DNA from: Eledone cirrhosa
Taxonomy: Eukaryota
DNA length: 64,000 nucleotides
Direction: 5' to 3'
NCBI GenBank assembly: GCA_964016885.1
Contig: OZ024740.1
Location: forward strand, 317,936,001 to 318,000,000
In this document: positions 44,030-59,900 of the stretch, in pieces
How positions within the stretch are numbered: the stretch's first letter is position 1
Layout of the letters: the number at the start of each line of letters is the position of its first letter
Notes under the pieces: model-generated
The model's database searches: none
Told to the model about the DNA's origin: nothing
What the model saw: only the letters and a program-made list of their open reading frames with translations
Translations under genes and position numbers: made by a program

Positions 44030-47000
44030 ACAACAAATAATACAGGATTGGCTCGTCTATTTCCACAACTTACATTCTATCTGATATTCTAACGACTCTA
44101 CCAATTCGAAGTCTTTCTACTACAATACTAACAACAAATAATCCAGGATTGTCTCTTCTATTTCCACAAATTGCATTCTATCTGACATTCTAACGACTCT
44201 ACCAATTCGAAGTCTTTCTACTACAATACTAACAACAAATAATCCAGGATTGGCTCTTCTATTTCCACAAATTGCATTCTATCTGACATTCTAACGACTC
44301 TACCAATTCGAAGTCTTTCTACTACAATACTCACAACAAATCATCCAGGATTGTCTCGTCTATTTCCACAACTTACATTCTATCTGATATTCTAACGACT
44401 CTACCAATTCGAAGTCTTTCTACTACAATACTAACAACAAATAATCCAGGATTGGCTCTTCTATTTCCACACATTGCATTCTATCTGACATTCTAACGAC
44501 TCTACCAATTCGAAGTCTTTCTACTACAATACGCACAACAAATAATCCAGGATTGTCTCGTCTATTTCCACAACTTGCATTCTATCTGACATTCTAACGA
44601 CTCTACCAATTCGAAGTCTTTCTACTACAATACTAACAACAAATAATCCAGGATTGGCTCTTCTATTTCCACAAATTGCATTCTATCTGACATTCTAACG
44701 ACTCTACCAATTCGAGATCTTTCTACTACAATACGCACAACAAATAATCCAGGATTGTCTCGTCTATTTCCACAACTTGCATTCTATCTGACATTCTAAC
44801 GACTCTACCAATTCGAAGTCTTTCTACTACAATACTCACAACAAATAATCCAGGATTGTCTCGTCTATTTCCACAACATACATTCTATCTGACATTCTAA
44901 CGACTCTACCAATTCGCTGTCTTTCTACTACAATACTCAACAAATAATCCAGGACTGTCTCGTCTATTTCCACAACTTACGTTCTATCTGACATTCTAAA
45001 GACTCTAACAATTCGAAGTCTTTCTACTACAATACTCAGAACAAATAATCCAGGTTTGTCTCGTCTATTTCCACAACTTACATTCTATCTAACATTCTAA
45101 CGACTCTACCAATTCGAAGCCTTTTTACTACATTACTCACAACAAATAATCCAGGATTGCCCCGTCTATTTCCACAACTTACATTCTACCTGACATTCTA
45201 ACGACTCTACCAATTCGCTGTCTTTCTACTACAATACTCACAACAAATAATCCAGGATTGTCTCGTCTATTTCCACAACTTACATTCTATCTAACATTCT
45301 AACAACTCCACCAATTCGAAATCTTTCTACTACAACACTCACAACAAATCATCCAGGATTGTCTCGTCTATTTCCACAACTTACATTCTATCTGATATTC
45401 TAACGACTCTACCAATTCGAAGTCTTTCTACTACAATACTAACAACAAATAATCCAGGATTGTCTCTTCTATTTCCACAACTTACATTCTATCTAACATT
45501 CTAACAACTCCACCAATTCGAAATCTTTCTACTACAATACTCACAACAAATCATCCATGATTGTCTCGTCTATTTCCACAACTTCCATTCTATCTGATAT
45601 TCTAACGACTCTACCAATTCGAAGTCTTTCTACTACAATACTAACAACAAATAATCCAGGATTGTCTCTTCTATTTCCACAACTTGCATTCTATCTGACA
45701 TTCTAATGACTCTACCAATTCGAAGTCTTTCTACTACAATACTCACAACAAATAATCCAGGATTGTCTCGTCTATTTCCACAACTTGCATTCTATCTGAC
45801 ATTCTAACGACTCTACCAATTCGAAGTCTTTCTACTACAATACTCACAACAAATAATCCAGGATTGTCTCGTCTATTTCCACAAATTACATTCTATCTGA
45901 CATTCTAACGACTCTACCAATTCGCTGTCTTTCTACTACAATACTCACAACAAATAATCCAGGATTGTCTCGTCTATTTCCACAACTTACATTCTATCTG
46001 ATATTCTAACGACTCTACCAATTCGAAGTCTTTCTACTACAATACTCGCAACAAATAATCCAGGATTGTCTCGTCTATTTCCACAACTTACATTCTATCT
46101 GATATTCTAACGACTCTACCAATTCGAAGTCTTTCTACTACAATACTAACAACAAATAATCCAGGATTGTCTCTTCTATTTCCACAACTTACGTTCTATC
46201 TGACATTCTAACAACTCTACCAATTCGAAATCTTTCTACTACAATACTCACAACAAATAATCCAGGATTGTCTCGTCTATTTCCACAACTTACATTCTAT
46301 CTGATATTCTAACGACTCTACCAATTCGAAGTCTTTCTACTACAATACTAACAACAAATAATCCAGGATTGTCTCGTCTATTTCCACAACTTACGTTCTA
46401 TCTGACATTCTAACAACTCTACCAATTCGAAGTCTTTCTACTACAATACTCACAACAAATAATCCAGGATTGTCTCGTCTATTTCCACAACTTACATTCT
46501 ATCTGATATTCTAACGACTCTACCAATTCGAAGTCTTTCTACTACAATACTCACAACAAATAATCCAGGATTGTCTCGTCTATTTCCACAACTTACATTC
46601 TATCTGATATTCTAACGACTCTACCAATTCGAAGTCTTTCTACTACAATACTAACAACAAATAATCCAGGATTGTCTCTTCTATTTCCACAACTTACGTT
46701 CTATCTGACATTCTAACAACTCTACCAATTCGAAATCTTTCTACTACAATACTCACAACAAATAATCCAGGATTGTCTCGTCTATTTCCACAACTTACAT
46801 TCTATCTGATATTCTAACGACTCTACCAATTCGAAGTCTTTCTACTACAATACTAACAACAAATAATCCAGGATTGTCTCGTCTATTTCCACAACTTACG
46901 TTCTATCTGACATTCTAACAACTCTACCAATTCGAAGTCTTTCTACTACAATACTCACAACAAATCATCCAGGATTGTCTCGTCTATTTCCACAACTTAC

Positions 47001-49190
47001 ATTCTATCTGATATTCTAACGACTCTACCAATTCGAAGTCTTTCTACTACAATACTCACAACAAATAATACAGGATTGGCTCGTCTATTTCCACAACTTA
47101 CATTCTATCTGATATTCTAACGACTCTACCAATTCGAAGTCTTTCTACTACAATACTAACAACAAATAATCCAGGATTGTCTCTTCTATTTCCACAAATT
47201 GCATTCTATCTGACATTCTAACGACTCTACCAATTCGAAGTCTTTCTACTACAATACTAACAACAAATAATCCAGGATTGGCTCTTCTATTTCCACAAAT
47301 TGCATTCTATCTGACATTCTAACGACTCTACCAATTCGAAGTCTTTCTACTACAATACTCACAACAAATCATCCAGGATTGTCTCGTCTATTTCCACAAC
47401 TTACATTCTATCTGAAATTCTAACGACTCTACCAATTCGAAGTCTTTCTACTACAATACTAACAACAAATAATCCAGGATTGGCTCTTCTATTTCCACAA
47501 ATTGCATTCTATCTGACATTCTAACGACTCTACCAATTCGAAGTCTTTCTACTACAATACGCACAACAAATAATCCAGGATTGTCTCGTCTATTTCCACA
47601 ACTTGCATTCTATCTGACATTCTAACGACTCTACCAATTCGAAGTCTTTCTACTACAATACTAACAACAAATAATCCAGGATTGGCTCTTCTATTTCCAC
47701 AAATTGCATTCTATCTGACATTCTAACGACTCTACCAATTCGAGATCTTTCTACTACAATACGCACAACAAATAATCCAGGATTGTCTCGTCTATTTCCA
47801 CAACTTGCATTCTATCTGACATTCTAACGACTCTACCAATTCGAAGTCTTTCTACTACAATACTCACAACAAATAATCCAGGATTGTCTCGTCTATTTCC
47901 ACAACATACATTCTATCTGACATTCTAACGACTCTACCAATTCGCTGTCTTTCTACTACAATACTCAACAAATAATCCAGGACTGTCTCGTCTATTTCCA
48001 CAACTTACGTTCTATCTGACATTCTAAAGACTCTAACAATTCGAAGTCTTTCTACTACAATACTCAGAACAAATAATCCAGGTTTGTCTCGTCTATTTCC
48101 ACAACTTACATTCTATCTAACATTCTAACGACTCTACCAATTCGAAGCCTTTTTACTACATTACTCACAACAAATAATCCAGGATTGCCCCGTCTATTTC
48201 CACAACTTACATTCTACCTGACATTCTAACGACTCTACGAATTCGCTGTCTTTCTACTACAATACTCACAACAAATAATCCAGGATTGTCTCGTCTATTT
48301 CCACAACTTACATTCTATCTAACATTCTAACAACTCCACCAATTCGAAATCTTTCTACTACAACACTCACAACAAATCATCCAGGATTGTCTCGTCTATT
48401 TCCACAACTTACATTCTATCTGATATTCTAACGACTCTACCAATTCGAAGTCTTTCTACTACAATACTAACAACAAATAATCCAGGATTGTCTCTTCTAT
48501 TTCCACAACTTACATTCTATCTAACATTCTAACAACTCCACCAATTCGAAATCTTTCTACTACAATACTCACAACAAATCATCCATGATTGTCTCGTCTA
48601 TTTCCACAACTTCCATTCTATCTGATATTCTAACGACTCTACCAATTCGAAGTCTTTCTACTACAATACTAACAACAAATAATCCAGGATTGTCTCTTCT
48701 ATTTCCACAACTTGCATTCTATCTGACATTCTAATGACTCTACCAATTCGAAGTCTTTCTACTACAATACTCACAACAAATAATCCAGGATTGTCTCGTC
48801 TATTTCCACAACTTGCATTCTATCTGACATTCTAACGACTCTACCAATTCGAAGTCTTTCTACTACAATACTCACAACAAATAATCCAGGATTGTCTCGT
48901 CTATTTCCACAAATTACATTCTATCTGACATTCTAACGACTCTACCAATTCGCTGTCTTTCTACTACAATACTCACAACAAATAATCCAGGATTGTCTCG
49001 TCTATTTCCACAACTTACATTCTATCTGATATTCTAACGACTCTACCAATTCGAAGTCTTTCTACTACAATACTCACAACAAATAATCCAGGATTGTCTC
49101 GTCTATTTCCACAACTTACATTCTATCTGATATTCTAACGACTCTACCAATTCGAAGTCTTTCTACTACAATACTAACAACAAATAATCC
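44030..49190. repeat. 30-monomer (3028 bp) duplication, with a related third copy at about 49270-50900
   Basis: GAGATC 44714/47742 and ACTTCCATT 45581/48609. The ATACGCAC, ACAACACTC and CCATGATT variants are also shared. Confidence 0.88.
45977..46960. repeat. Tandem 5-monomer (505 bp) duplication
   Basis: The same five-variant order starts at 45977 and at 46482. Few private markers support it. Confidence 0.7.
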
Positions 49191-52100
49191 AGGATTGTCT
49201 CGTCTATTTCCACAACTTACGTTCTATCTGACATTCTAACAACTCTACCAATTCGAAGTCTTTCTACTACAATACTCACAACAAATAATACAGGATTGGC
49301 TCGTCTATTTCCACAACTTACATTCTATCTGATATTCTAACGACTCTACCAATTCGAAGTCTTTCTACTACAATACTAACAACAAATAATCCAGGATTGT
49401 CTCTTCTATTTCCACAACTTACATTCTATCTAACATTCTAACAACTCCACCAATTCGAAATCTTTCTACTACAATACTCACAACAAATCATCCAGGATTG
49501 TCTCGTCTATTTCCACAACTTACATTCTATCTGATATTCTAACGACTCTACCAATTCGAAGTCTTTCTACTACAATACTAACAACAAATAATCCAGGATT
49601 GGCTCTTCTATTTCCACAAATTGCATTCTATCTGACATTCTAACGACTCTACCAATTCGAAGTCTTTCTACTACAATACGCACAACAAATAATCCAGGAT
49701 TGTCTCGTCTATTTCCACAACTTGCATTCTATCTGACATTCTAACGACTCTACCAATTCGAAGTCTTTCTACTACAATACTCACAACAAATAATCCAGGA
49801 TTGTCTCGTCTATTTCCACAACATACATTCTATCTGACATTCTAACGACTCTACCAATTCGCTGTCTTTCTACTACAATACTCAACAAATAATCCAGGAC
49901 TGTCTCGTCTATTTCCACAACTTACGTTCTATCTGACATTCTAAAGACTCTAACAATTCGAAGTCTTTCTACTACAATACTCAGAACAAATAATCCAGGT
50001 TTGTCTCGTCTATTTCCACAACTTACATTCTATCTAACATTCTAACGACTCTACCAATTCGAAGCCTTTTTACTACATTACTCACAACAAATAATCCAGG
50101 ATTGCCCCGTCTATTTCCACAACTTACATTCTACCTGACATTCTAACGACTCTACCAATTCGCTGTCTTTCTACTACAATACTCACAACAAATAATCCAG
50201 GATTGTCTCGTCTATTTCCACAACTTACATTCTATCTAACATTCTAACAACTCCACCAATTCGAAATCTTTCTACTACAACACTCACAACAAATCATCCA
50301 GGATTGTCTCGTCTATTTCCACAACTTACATTCTATCTGATATTCTAACGACTCTACCAATTCGAAGTCTTTCTACTACAATACTAACAACAAATAATCC
50401 AGGATTGTCTCTTCTATTTCCACAACTTACATTCTATCTAACATTCTAACAACTCCACCAATTCGAAATCTTTCTACTACAATACTCACAACAAATCATC
50501 CATGATTGTCTCGTCTATTTCCACAACTTACATTCTATCTGATATTCTAACGACTCTACCAATTCGAAGTCTTTCTACTACAATACTAACAACAAATAAT
50601 CCAGGATTGTCTCTTCTATTTCCACAACTTGCATTCTATCTGACATTCTAATGACTCTACCAATTCGAAGTCTTTCTACTACAATACTCACAACAAATAA
50701 TCCAGGATTGTCTCGTCTATTTCCACAACTTGCATTCTATCTGACATTCTAACGACTCTACCAATTCGAAGTCTTTCTACTACAATACTCACAACAAATA
50801 ATCCAGGATTGTCTCGTCTATTTCCACAAATTACATTCTATCTGACATTCTAACGACTCTACCAATTCGCTGTCTTTCTACTACAATACTCACAACAAAT
50901 AATCCAGGATTGTCTCGTCTATTTCCACAACATACATTCTATCTGACATTCTAACGACTCTACCAATTCGCTGTCTTTCTACTACAATACTCAACAAATA
51001 ATCCAGGACTGTCTCGTCTATTTCTACAACTTACATTCTATCTAACATTCTAACAACTCCACCAATTCGAAATCTTTCTACTACAACACTCACAACAAAT
51101 CATCCAGGATTGTCTCGTCTATTTCCACAACTTACATTCTATCTGATATTCTAACGACTCTACCAATTCGAAGTCTTTCTACTACAATACTAACAACAAA
51201 TAATCCAGGATTGTCTCTTCTATTTCCACAACTTACATTCTATCTAACATTCTAACAACTCCACCAATTCGAAATCTTTCTACTACAATACTCACAACAA
51301 ATCATCCATGATTGTCTCGTCTATTTCCACAACTTACATTCTATCTGATATTCTAACGACTCTACCAATTCGAAGTCTTTCTACTACAATACTGACAACA
51401 AATAATCCAGGAATGTCTCTTCTATTTCCACAACTTACATTCTATCTGACATTCTAACATCTCTACCGATTCGAAATCTTTCTACTACAATACTCACAAC
51501 AAATAATCCAGGATTGTCTCGTCTATTTACACAACTTACATTCTATCTGATATTCTAACGACTCTACCAATTCGAAGTCTTTCTACTACAATACTAACAA
51601 CAAATTATCCAGGATTGTCTCTTCTATTTCCACAACTTACATTCTATCTGACATTCTAACAACTCTACCAATTCGAAGTCTTTCTACTACAATACTCACA
51701 ACAAATAATACAGGATTGGCTCGTCTATTTCCACAACTTACATTCTATCTGATATTCTAACGACTCTACCAATTCGCTGTCTTTCTACTACAATACTAAA
51801 AACAAATAATCCAGGATTGTCTCTTCTATTTCCACAACATACATTCTATCTAACATTCTAACAACTCCACCAATTCGAAATCTTTCTACTACAATACTCA
51901 CAACAAATCATCCAGGATTGTCACGTCTATTTCCACAACTTACATTCTATCTGATGTTGTAACGACTCTACCAATTCGAAGTCTTTCTACTACAATACTA
52001 ACAACAAATAATCCAGGATTGTCTCGTCTATTTCCACAACTTGCATTCTATCTGACATTCTAACGACTCTACCAATTCGAAGTCTTTCTACTACAATACT

Positions 52101-52609
52101 CACAACAAATAATCCAGGATTGTCTCGTCTATTTCCACAACATACATTCTATCTGACATTCTAACGACTCTACCAATTCGCTGTCTTTCTACTACAATAC
52201 TCAACAAATAATCCAGGACTGTCTCGTCTATTTCCACAACTTACGTTCTATCTGACATTCTAAAGACTCTACCAATTCGAAGTCTTTCTACTACAATACT
52301 CAGAACAAATAATCCAGGTTTGTCTCGTCTATTTCCACAACTTACATTCTATCTAACATTCTAACGACTCTACCAATTCGAAGCCTTTTTACTACATTAC
52401 TCACAACAAATAATTCAGGATTGTCTCGTCTATTTCCACAACTTACATTCTATCTGATATTCTAACGACTCTACCAATTCGAAGTCTTTCTACTACAATA
52501 CTAACAACAAATAATCCAGGATTGTCTCTTCTATTTCCACAACTTACATCCTATCTAACATTCTAACAACTCCACCAATTCGAAATCTTTCTACTACAAT
52601 ACTCACAAC

Positions 52610-54830
52610 AAATCATCCATGATTGTCTCGTCTATTTCCACAACTTACATTCTATCTGATATTCTAACGACTCTACCAATTCGAAGTCTTTCTACTACAA
52701 TACTAACAACAAATAATCCAGGATTGTCTCTTCTATTTCCACAACTTGCATTCTATCTGACATTCTAATGACTCTACCAATTCGAAGTGTTTCTACTACA
52801 ATACTCACAACAAATAATCCAGGAGTGTCTCGTCTATTTTCACAACTTGCATTCTATCTGACATTCTAACGACTCTACCAATTCGAAGTCTTTCTACTAC
52901 AATACTCACAACAAATAATCTAGGATTGTCTCGTCTATTTCCACAAATTACATTCTATCTGACATTCTAACGACTCTACCAATTCGCTGTCTTTCTACTA
53001 CAATACTCACAACAAATAATCCAGGATTGTCTCGTCTATTTCCACAACATACATTCTATCTGACATTCTAACGACTCTACCAATTCGCTGTCTTTCTACT
53101 ACAATACTCAACAAATAATCCAGGACTGTCTCGTCTATTTCTACAACTTACGTTCTATCTGACATTCTAAAGACTCTAACAATTCGAAGTCTTTCTACTA
53201 CAATACTCAGAACAAATAATCCAGGTTTGTCCCGTCTATTTCCACAACTTACATTCTATCTAACATTCTAACGACTCTACCAATTCGAAGCCTTTTTACT
53301 ACATTACTCACAACAAATAATTCAGGATTGTCTCGTCTATTTCCACAAATTACGTCCTTTCTGACATTCTAACGACTCTACCAATTCGCTGTCTTTCTAC
53401 TACAATACTCACAACAAATAATCCAGGATTGTCTCGTCTATTTCCACAACTTACATTCTATCTGATATTCTAACGACTCTACCAATTCGAAGTCTGTCTA
53501 CTACAATACTCACAACAAATAATCCAGGATTGTCTCGTCTATTTCCACAACTTACATTCTATCTGATATTCTAACGACTCTACCAATTCGAAGTCTTTCT
53601 ACTACAATACTAACAACAAATAATCCAGGAATGTCTCTTCTATTTCCACAACTTACATTCTATGTGACATTCTAACATCTCTACCGATTCGAAATCTTTC
53701 TACTACAATACTCACAACAAATCATCCATGATTGTCTCGTCTATTTCCACAACTTACATTCTATCTTATATTCTAACGACTCTACCAATTCGAAGTCTTT
53801 CTACTACAATACTAACAACAAATAATCCAGGATTGTCTCTTCTATTTCCACAACTTGCATTCTATCTGACATTCTAATGACTCTACCAATTCGAAGTCTT
53901 TCTACTACAATACTCACAACAAATAATCCAGGATTGTCTCGTCTATTTTCACAACTTGCATTCTATCTGACATTCTAACGACTCTACCAATTCGAAGTCT
54001 TTCTACTACAATACTCACAACAAATAATCCAGGATTGTCTCGTCTATTTCCACAAATTACATTCTATCTGACATTCTAACGACTCTACCAATTCGCTGTC
54101 TTTCTACTACAATACTCACAACAAATAATCCAGGATTGTCTCGTCTATTTCCACAACATACATTCTATCTGACATTCTAACGACTCTACCAATTCGCTGT
54201 CTTTCTACTACAATACTCAACAAATAATCCAGGACTGTCTCGTCTATTTCTACAACTTACGTTCTATCTGACATTCTAAAGACTCTAACAATTCGAAGTC
54301 TTTCTACTACAATACTGAGAAAAATAATCCAGGTTTGTCCCGTCTATTTCCACAACTTACATTCTATCTAACATTCTAACGACTCTACCAATTCGAAGCC
54401 TTTTTACTACATTACTCACAACAAATAATTCAGGATTGTCTCGTCTATTTCCACAAATTACGTCCTATCTGACATTCTAACGACTCTACCAATTCGCTGT
54501 CTTTCTACTACAATACTCACAACAAATAATCCAGGATTGTCTCGTCTATTTCCACAACTTACATTCTATCTGATATTCTAACGACTCTACCAATTCGAAG
54601 TCTGTCTACTACAATACTCACAACAAATAATCCAGGATTGTCTCGTCTATTTCCACAACTTACATTCTATCTGATATTCTAACGACTCTACCAATTCGAA
54701 GTCTTTCTACTACAATACTAACAACAAATAATCCAGGAATGTCTCTTCTATTTCCACAACTTACATTCTATCTGACATTCTAACATCTCTACCGATTCGA
54801 AATCTTTCTACTACAATACTCACAACAAAT
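52610..54830. repeat. Tandem 11-monomer (1109 bp) duplication
   Basis: TATTTTCAC 52837/53946; shared TTTCTAC, GTCCCG, TACGTCC and GTCTGTC variants; CCGATT 53684/54792 (offset 1108 after a 1-bp deletion near 54320). Confidence 0.87.
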
Positions 54831-55369
54831 AATACAGGATTGGCTCGTCTATTTCCACAACTTACATTCTATCTGATATTCTAACGACTCTACCAATTCG
54901 CTGTCTTTCTACTACAATACTAACAACAAATAATCCAGGATTGTCTCTTCTATTTCCACAACATACATTCTATCTAACATTCTAACAACTCCACCAATTC
55001 GAAATCTTTCTACTACAATACTCACAACAAATCATCCAGGATTGTCACGTCTATTTCCACAACTTACATTCTATCTGATATTGTAATGACTCTACCAATT
55101 CGAAGTCTTTCTACTACAATACTAACAACAAATAATCCAGGATTGTCTCTTCTATTTCCACAACTTGCATTCTATCTGACATTCTAACGACTCTACCAAT
55201 TCGAAGTCTTTCTACTACAATACTCACAACAAATAATCCAGGATTGTCTCGTCTATTTCCACAACTTGCATTCTATCTGACATTCTAACGACTCAACCAA
55301 TTCGAAGTCTTTCTACTACAATACTCACAACAAATAATCCAGGATTGTCTCGTCTATTTCCACAACATA

Positions 55370-58300
55370 CATTCTATCTGACATTCTAACGACTCTACCA
55401 ATTCGCTGTCTTTCTACTACAATACTCAACAAATAATCCAGGACTGTCTCGTCTATTTCCACAACTTACGTTCTATCTGACATTCTAAAGACTCTACCAA
55501 TTCGAAGTCTTTCTACTACAATACTCAGAACAAATAATCCAGGTTTGTCTCGTCTATTTCCACAACTTACATTCTATCTAACATTCTAACGACTCTACCA
55601 ATTCGAAGCCTTTTTACTACATTACTCACAACAAATAATTCAGGATTGCCCCGTCTATTTCCACAACTTACATTCTACCTGTCATTCTAAGGACTCTACC
55701 AATTCGCTGTCTTTCTACTACAATACTCACAACAAATCATCCAGGATTGTCTCGTCTATTTCCACAACTTACATTCTATCTGATATTCTAACGACTCTAC
55801 CAATTCGAAGTCTTTCTACTACGATACTAACAACAAATAATCCAGGATTGTCTCTTCTATTTCCACAACTTGCATTCTATCTGACATTCTAATGACTCTA
55901 CCAATTCGAAGTCTTTCTACTACAATACTCACAACAAGTAATCCAGGATTGTCTCGTCTATTTCCACAACTTGCATTCTATCTGACATTCTAACGACTCT
56001 ACCAATTCGAAGTCTTTCTACTACAATACTCACAACAAATAATTCAGGATTGTCTCGTCTATTTCCACAAATTACATTCTATCTGACATTCTAACGACTC
56101 TACCAATTCGCTGTCTTTCTACTACAATACTCACAACAAATAATCCAGGATTGTCTCGTCTATTTCCACAACATACATTCTATCTGACATTCTAACGACT
56201 CTACCAATTCGCTGTCTTTCTACTACAATACTCAACAAATAATCCAGGACTGTCTCGTCTATTTCCACAACTTACGTTCTATCTGACATTCTAAAGACTC
56301 TACCAATTCGAAGTCTTTCTACTACAATACTCACAACAAATAATCCAGGTTTGTCTCGTCTATTTCCACAACTTACATTCTATCTAACATTCTAACGACT
56401 CTACCAATTCGAAGCCTTTTTACTACATTACTCACAACAAATAATTCAGGATTGTCTCGTCTATTTCCACAAATTACGTTCTATCTGACATTCTAACGAC
56501 TCTACCAATTCGCTGTCTTTCTACTACAATACTCACAACAAATAATCCAGGATTGTCTCGTCTATTTCCACAACTTACATTCTATCTGATATTCTAACGA
56601 CTCTACCAATTCGAAGTCTGTCTACTACAATACTCACAACAAATAATCCAGGATTGTCTCGTCTATTTCCACAACTTACATTCTATCTGACATTCTAACG
56701 ACTCTACCAATTCGCTGTCTTTCTACTACAATACTCAACAAATAATCCAGGACTGTCTCGTCTATTTCCACAACTTACGTTCTATCTGACATTCTAAAGA
56801 CTCTAACAATTCGAAGTCTTTCTACTACAATACTCAGAACAAATAATCCAGGTTTGTCTCGTCTATTTCCACAACTTACATTCTATCTAACATTCTAACG
56901 ACTCTACCAATTCGAAGCCTTTTTACTACATTACTCACAACAAATAATTCAGGATTGCCCCGTCTATTTCCACAACTTACATTCTACCTGTCATTCTAAC
57001 GACTCTACCAATTCGCTGTCTTTCTACTACAATACTCACAACAAATAATCCAGGATTGTCTCGTCTATTTCCACAACTTACATTCTATCTAACATTTTAA
57101 CAACTCCACCAATTCGAAATCTTTCTACTACAATACTCACAACAAATCATCCAGGATTGTCTCGTCTATTTCCACAACTTACATTCTATCTGATATTCTA
57201 ACGACTCTACCAATTCGAAGTCTTTCTACTATAATACTAACAACAAATAATCCAGGATTGTCTCTTCTATTTCCACAACTTACATTCTATCTAACATTCT
57301 AACAACTCCACCAATTCGAAATCTTTCTACTACAATACTCACAACAAATCATCCAGGATTGTCTCGTCTATTTCCACAACTTACATTCTATCTGATATTC
57401 TAACGACTCTACCAATTCGAAGTCTTTCTACTACAATACTAACAACAAATAATCCAGGACTGTCTCGTCTATTTCCACAACTTACGTTCTATCTGACATT
57501 CTAAAGACTCTAACAATTCGAAGTCTTTCTACTACAATACTCAGAACAAATAATCCAGGTTTGTCTCGTCTATTTCCACAACTTACATTCTATCTAACAT
57601 TCTAACGACTCTACCAATTCGAAGCCTTTTTACTACATTACTCACAACAAATAATTCAGGATTGTCTCGTCGATTTCCACAAATTACGTTCTATCTGACA
57701 TTCTAACGACTCTACCAATTCGCTGTCTTTCTACTACAATACTCACAACAAATAATCCAGGTTTGTCTCGTCTATTTCCACAACTTACATTCTATCTAAC
57801 ATTCTAACGACTCTACCAATTCGCTGTCTTTCTACTACAATACTCAACAAATAATCCAGGACTGTCTCGTCTATTTCCACAACTTACGTTCTATCTGACA
57901 TTCTAAAGACTCTACCAATTCGAAGTCTTTCTACTACAATACTCAGAACAAATAATCCAGGTTTGTCTCGTCTATTTCCACAACTTACATTCTATCTAAC
58001 ATTCTAACGACTCTACCAATTCGAAGCCTTTTTACTACATTACTCACAACAAATAATTCAGGATTGCCCCGTCTATTTCCACAACTTACATTCTACCTGT
58101 CATTCTAAGGACTCTACCAATTCGCTGTCTTTCTACTACAATACTCACAACAAATCATCCAGGATTGTCTCGTCTATTTCCACAACTTACATTCTATCTG
58201 ATATTCTAACGACTCTACCAATTCGAAGTCTTTCTACTACGATACTAACAACAAATAATCCAGGATTGTCTCTTCTATTTCCACAACTTGCATTCTATCT

Positions 58301-59900
58301 GACATTCTAATGACTCTACCAATTCGAAGTCTTTCTACTACAATACTCACAACAAGTAATCCAGGATTGTCTCGTCTATTTCCACAACTTGCATTCTATC
58401 TGACATTCTAACGACTCTACCAATTCGAAGTCTTTCTACTACAATACTCACAACAAATAATTCAGGATTGTCTCGTCTATTTCCACAAATTACATTCTAT
58501 CTGACATTCTAACGACTCTACCAATTCGCTGTCTTTCTACTACAATACTCACAACAAATAATCCAGGATTGTCTCGTCTATTTCCACAACTTACATTCTA
58601 TCTGATATTCTAACGACTCTACCAATTCGAAGTCTGTCTACTACAATACTCACAACAAATAATCCAGGATTGTCTCGTCTATTTCCACAACTTACATTCT
58701 ATCTGACATTCTAACGACTCTACCAATTCGCTGTCTTTCTACTACAATACTCAACAAATAATCCAGGACTGTCTCGTCTATTTCCACAACTTACGTTCTA
58801 TCTGACATTCTAAAGACTCTAACAATTCGAAGTCTTTCTACTACAATACTCAGAACAAATAATCCAGGTTTGTCTCGTCTATTTCCACAACTTACATTCT
58901 ATCTAACATTCTAACGACTCTACCAATTCGAAGCCTTTTTACTACATTACTCACAACAAATAATTCAGGATTGCCCCGTCTATTTCCACAACTTACATTC
59001 TACCTGTCATTCTAACGACTCTACCAATTCGCTGTCTTTCTACTACAATACTCACAACAAATAATCCAGGATTGTCTCGTCTATTTCCACAACTTACATT
59101 CTATCTAACATTTTAACAACTCCACCAATTCGAAATCTTTCTACTACAATACTCACAACAAATCATCCAGGATTGTCTCGTCTATTTCCACAACTTACAT
59201 TCTATCTGATATTCTAACGACTCTACCAATTCGAAGTCTTTCTACTATAATACTAACAACAAATAATCCAGGATTGTCTCTTCTATTTCCACAACTTACA
59301 TTCTATCTAACATTCTAACAACTCCACCAATTCGAAATCTTTCTACTACAATACTCACAACAAATCATCCAGGATTGTCTCGTCTATTTCCACAACTTAC
59401 ATTCTATCTGATATTCTAACGACTCTACCAATTCGAAGTCTTTCTACTACAATACTAACAACAAATAATCCAGGACTGTCTCGTCTATTTCCACAACTTA
59501 CGTTCTATCTGACATTCTAAAGACTCTAACAATTCGAAGTCTTTCTACTACAATACTCAGAACAAATAATCCAGGTTTGTCTCGTCTATTTCCACAACTT
59601 ACATTCTATCTAACATTCTAACGACTCTACCAATTCGAAGCCTTTTTACTACATTACTCACAACAAATAATTCAGGATTGTCTCGTCGATTTCCACAAAT
59701 TACGTTCTATCTGACATTCTAACGACTCTACCAATTCGCTGTCTTTCTACTACAATACTCACAACAAATAATCCAGGTTTGTCTCGTCTATTTCCACAAC
59801 TTACATTCTATCTAACATTCTAACGACTCTACCAATTCGCTGTCTTTCTACTACAATACTCAACAAATAATCCAGGACTGTCTCGTCTATTTCCACAACT
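55370..59900. repeat. 24-monomer (2418 bp) duplication with an internal 4-monomer loss (offset becomes 2016)
   Basis: GTCATTCTAAGG 55681/58099 with shared ACAAGTAAT and TACGATAC variants; then CATTTTAAC 57093/59109 and GTCGATTT 57669/59685. Confidence 0.85.
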
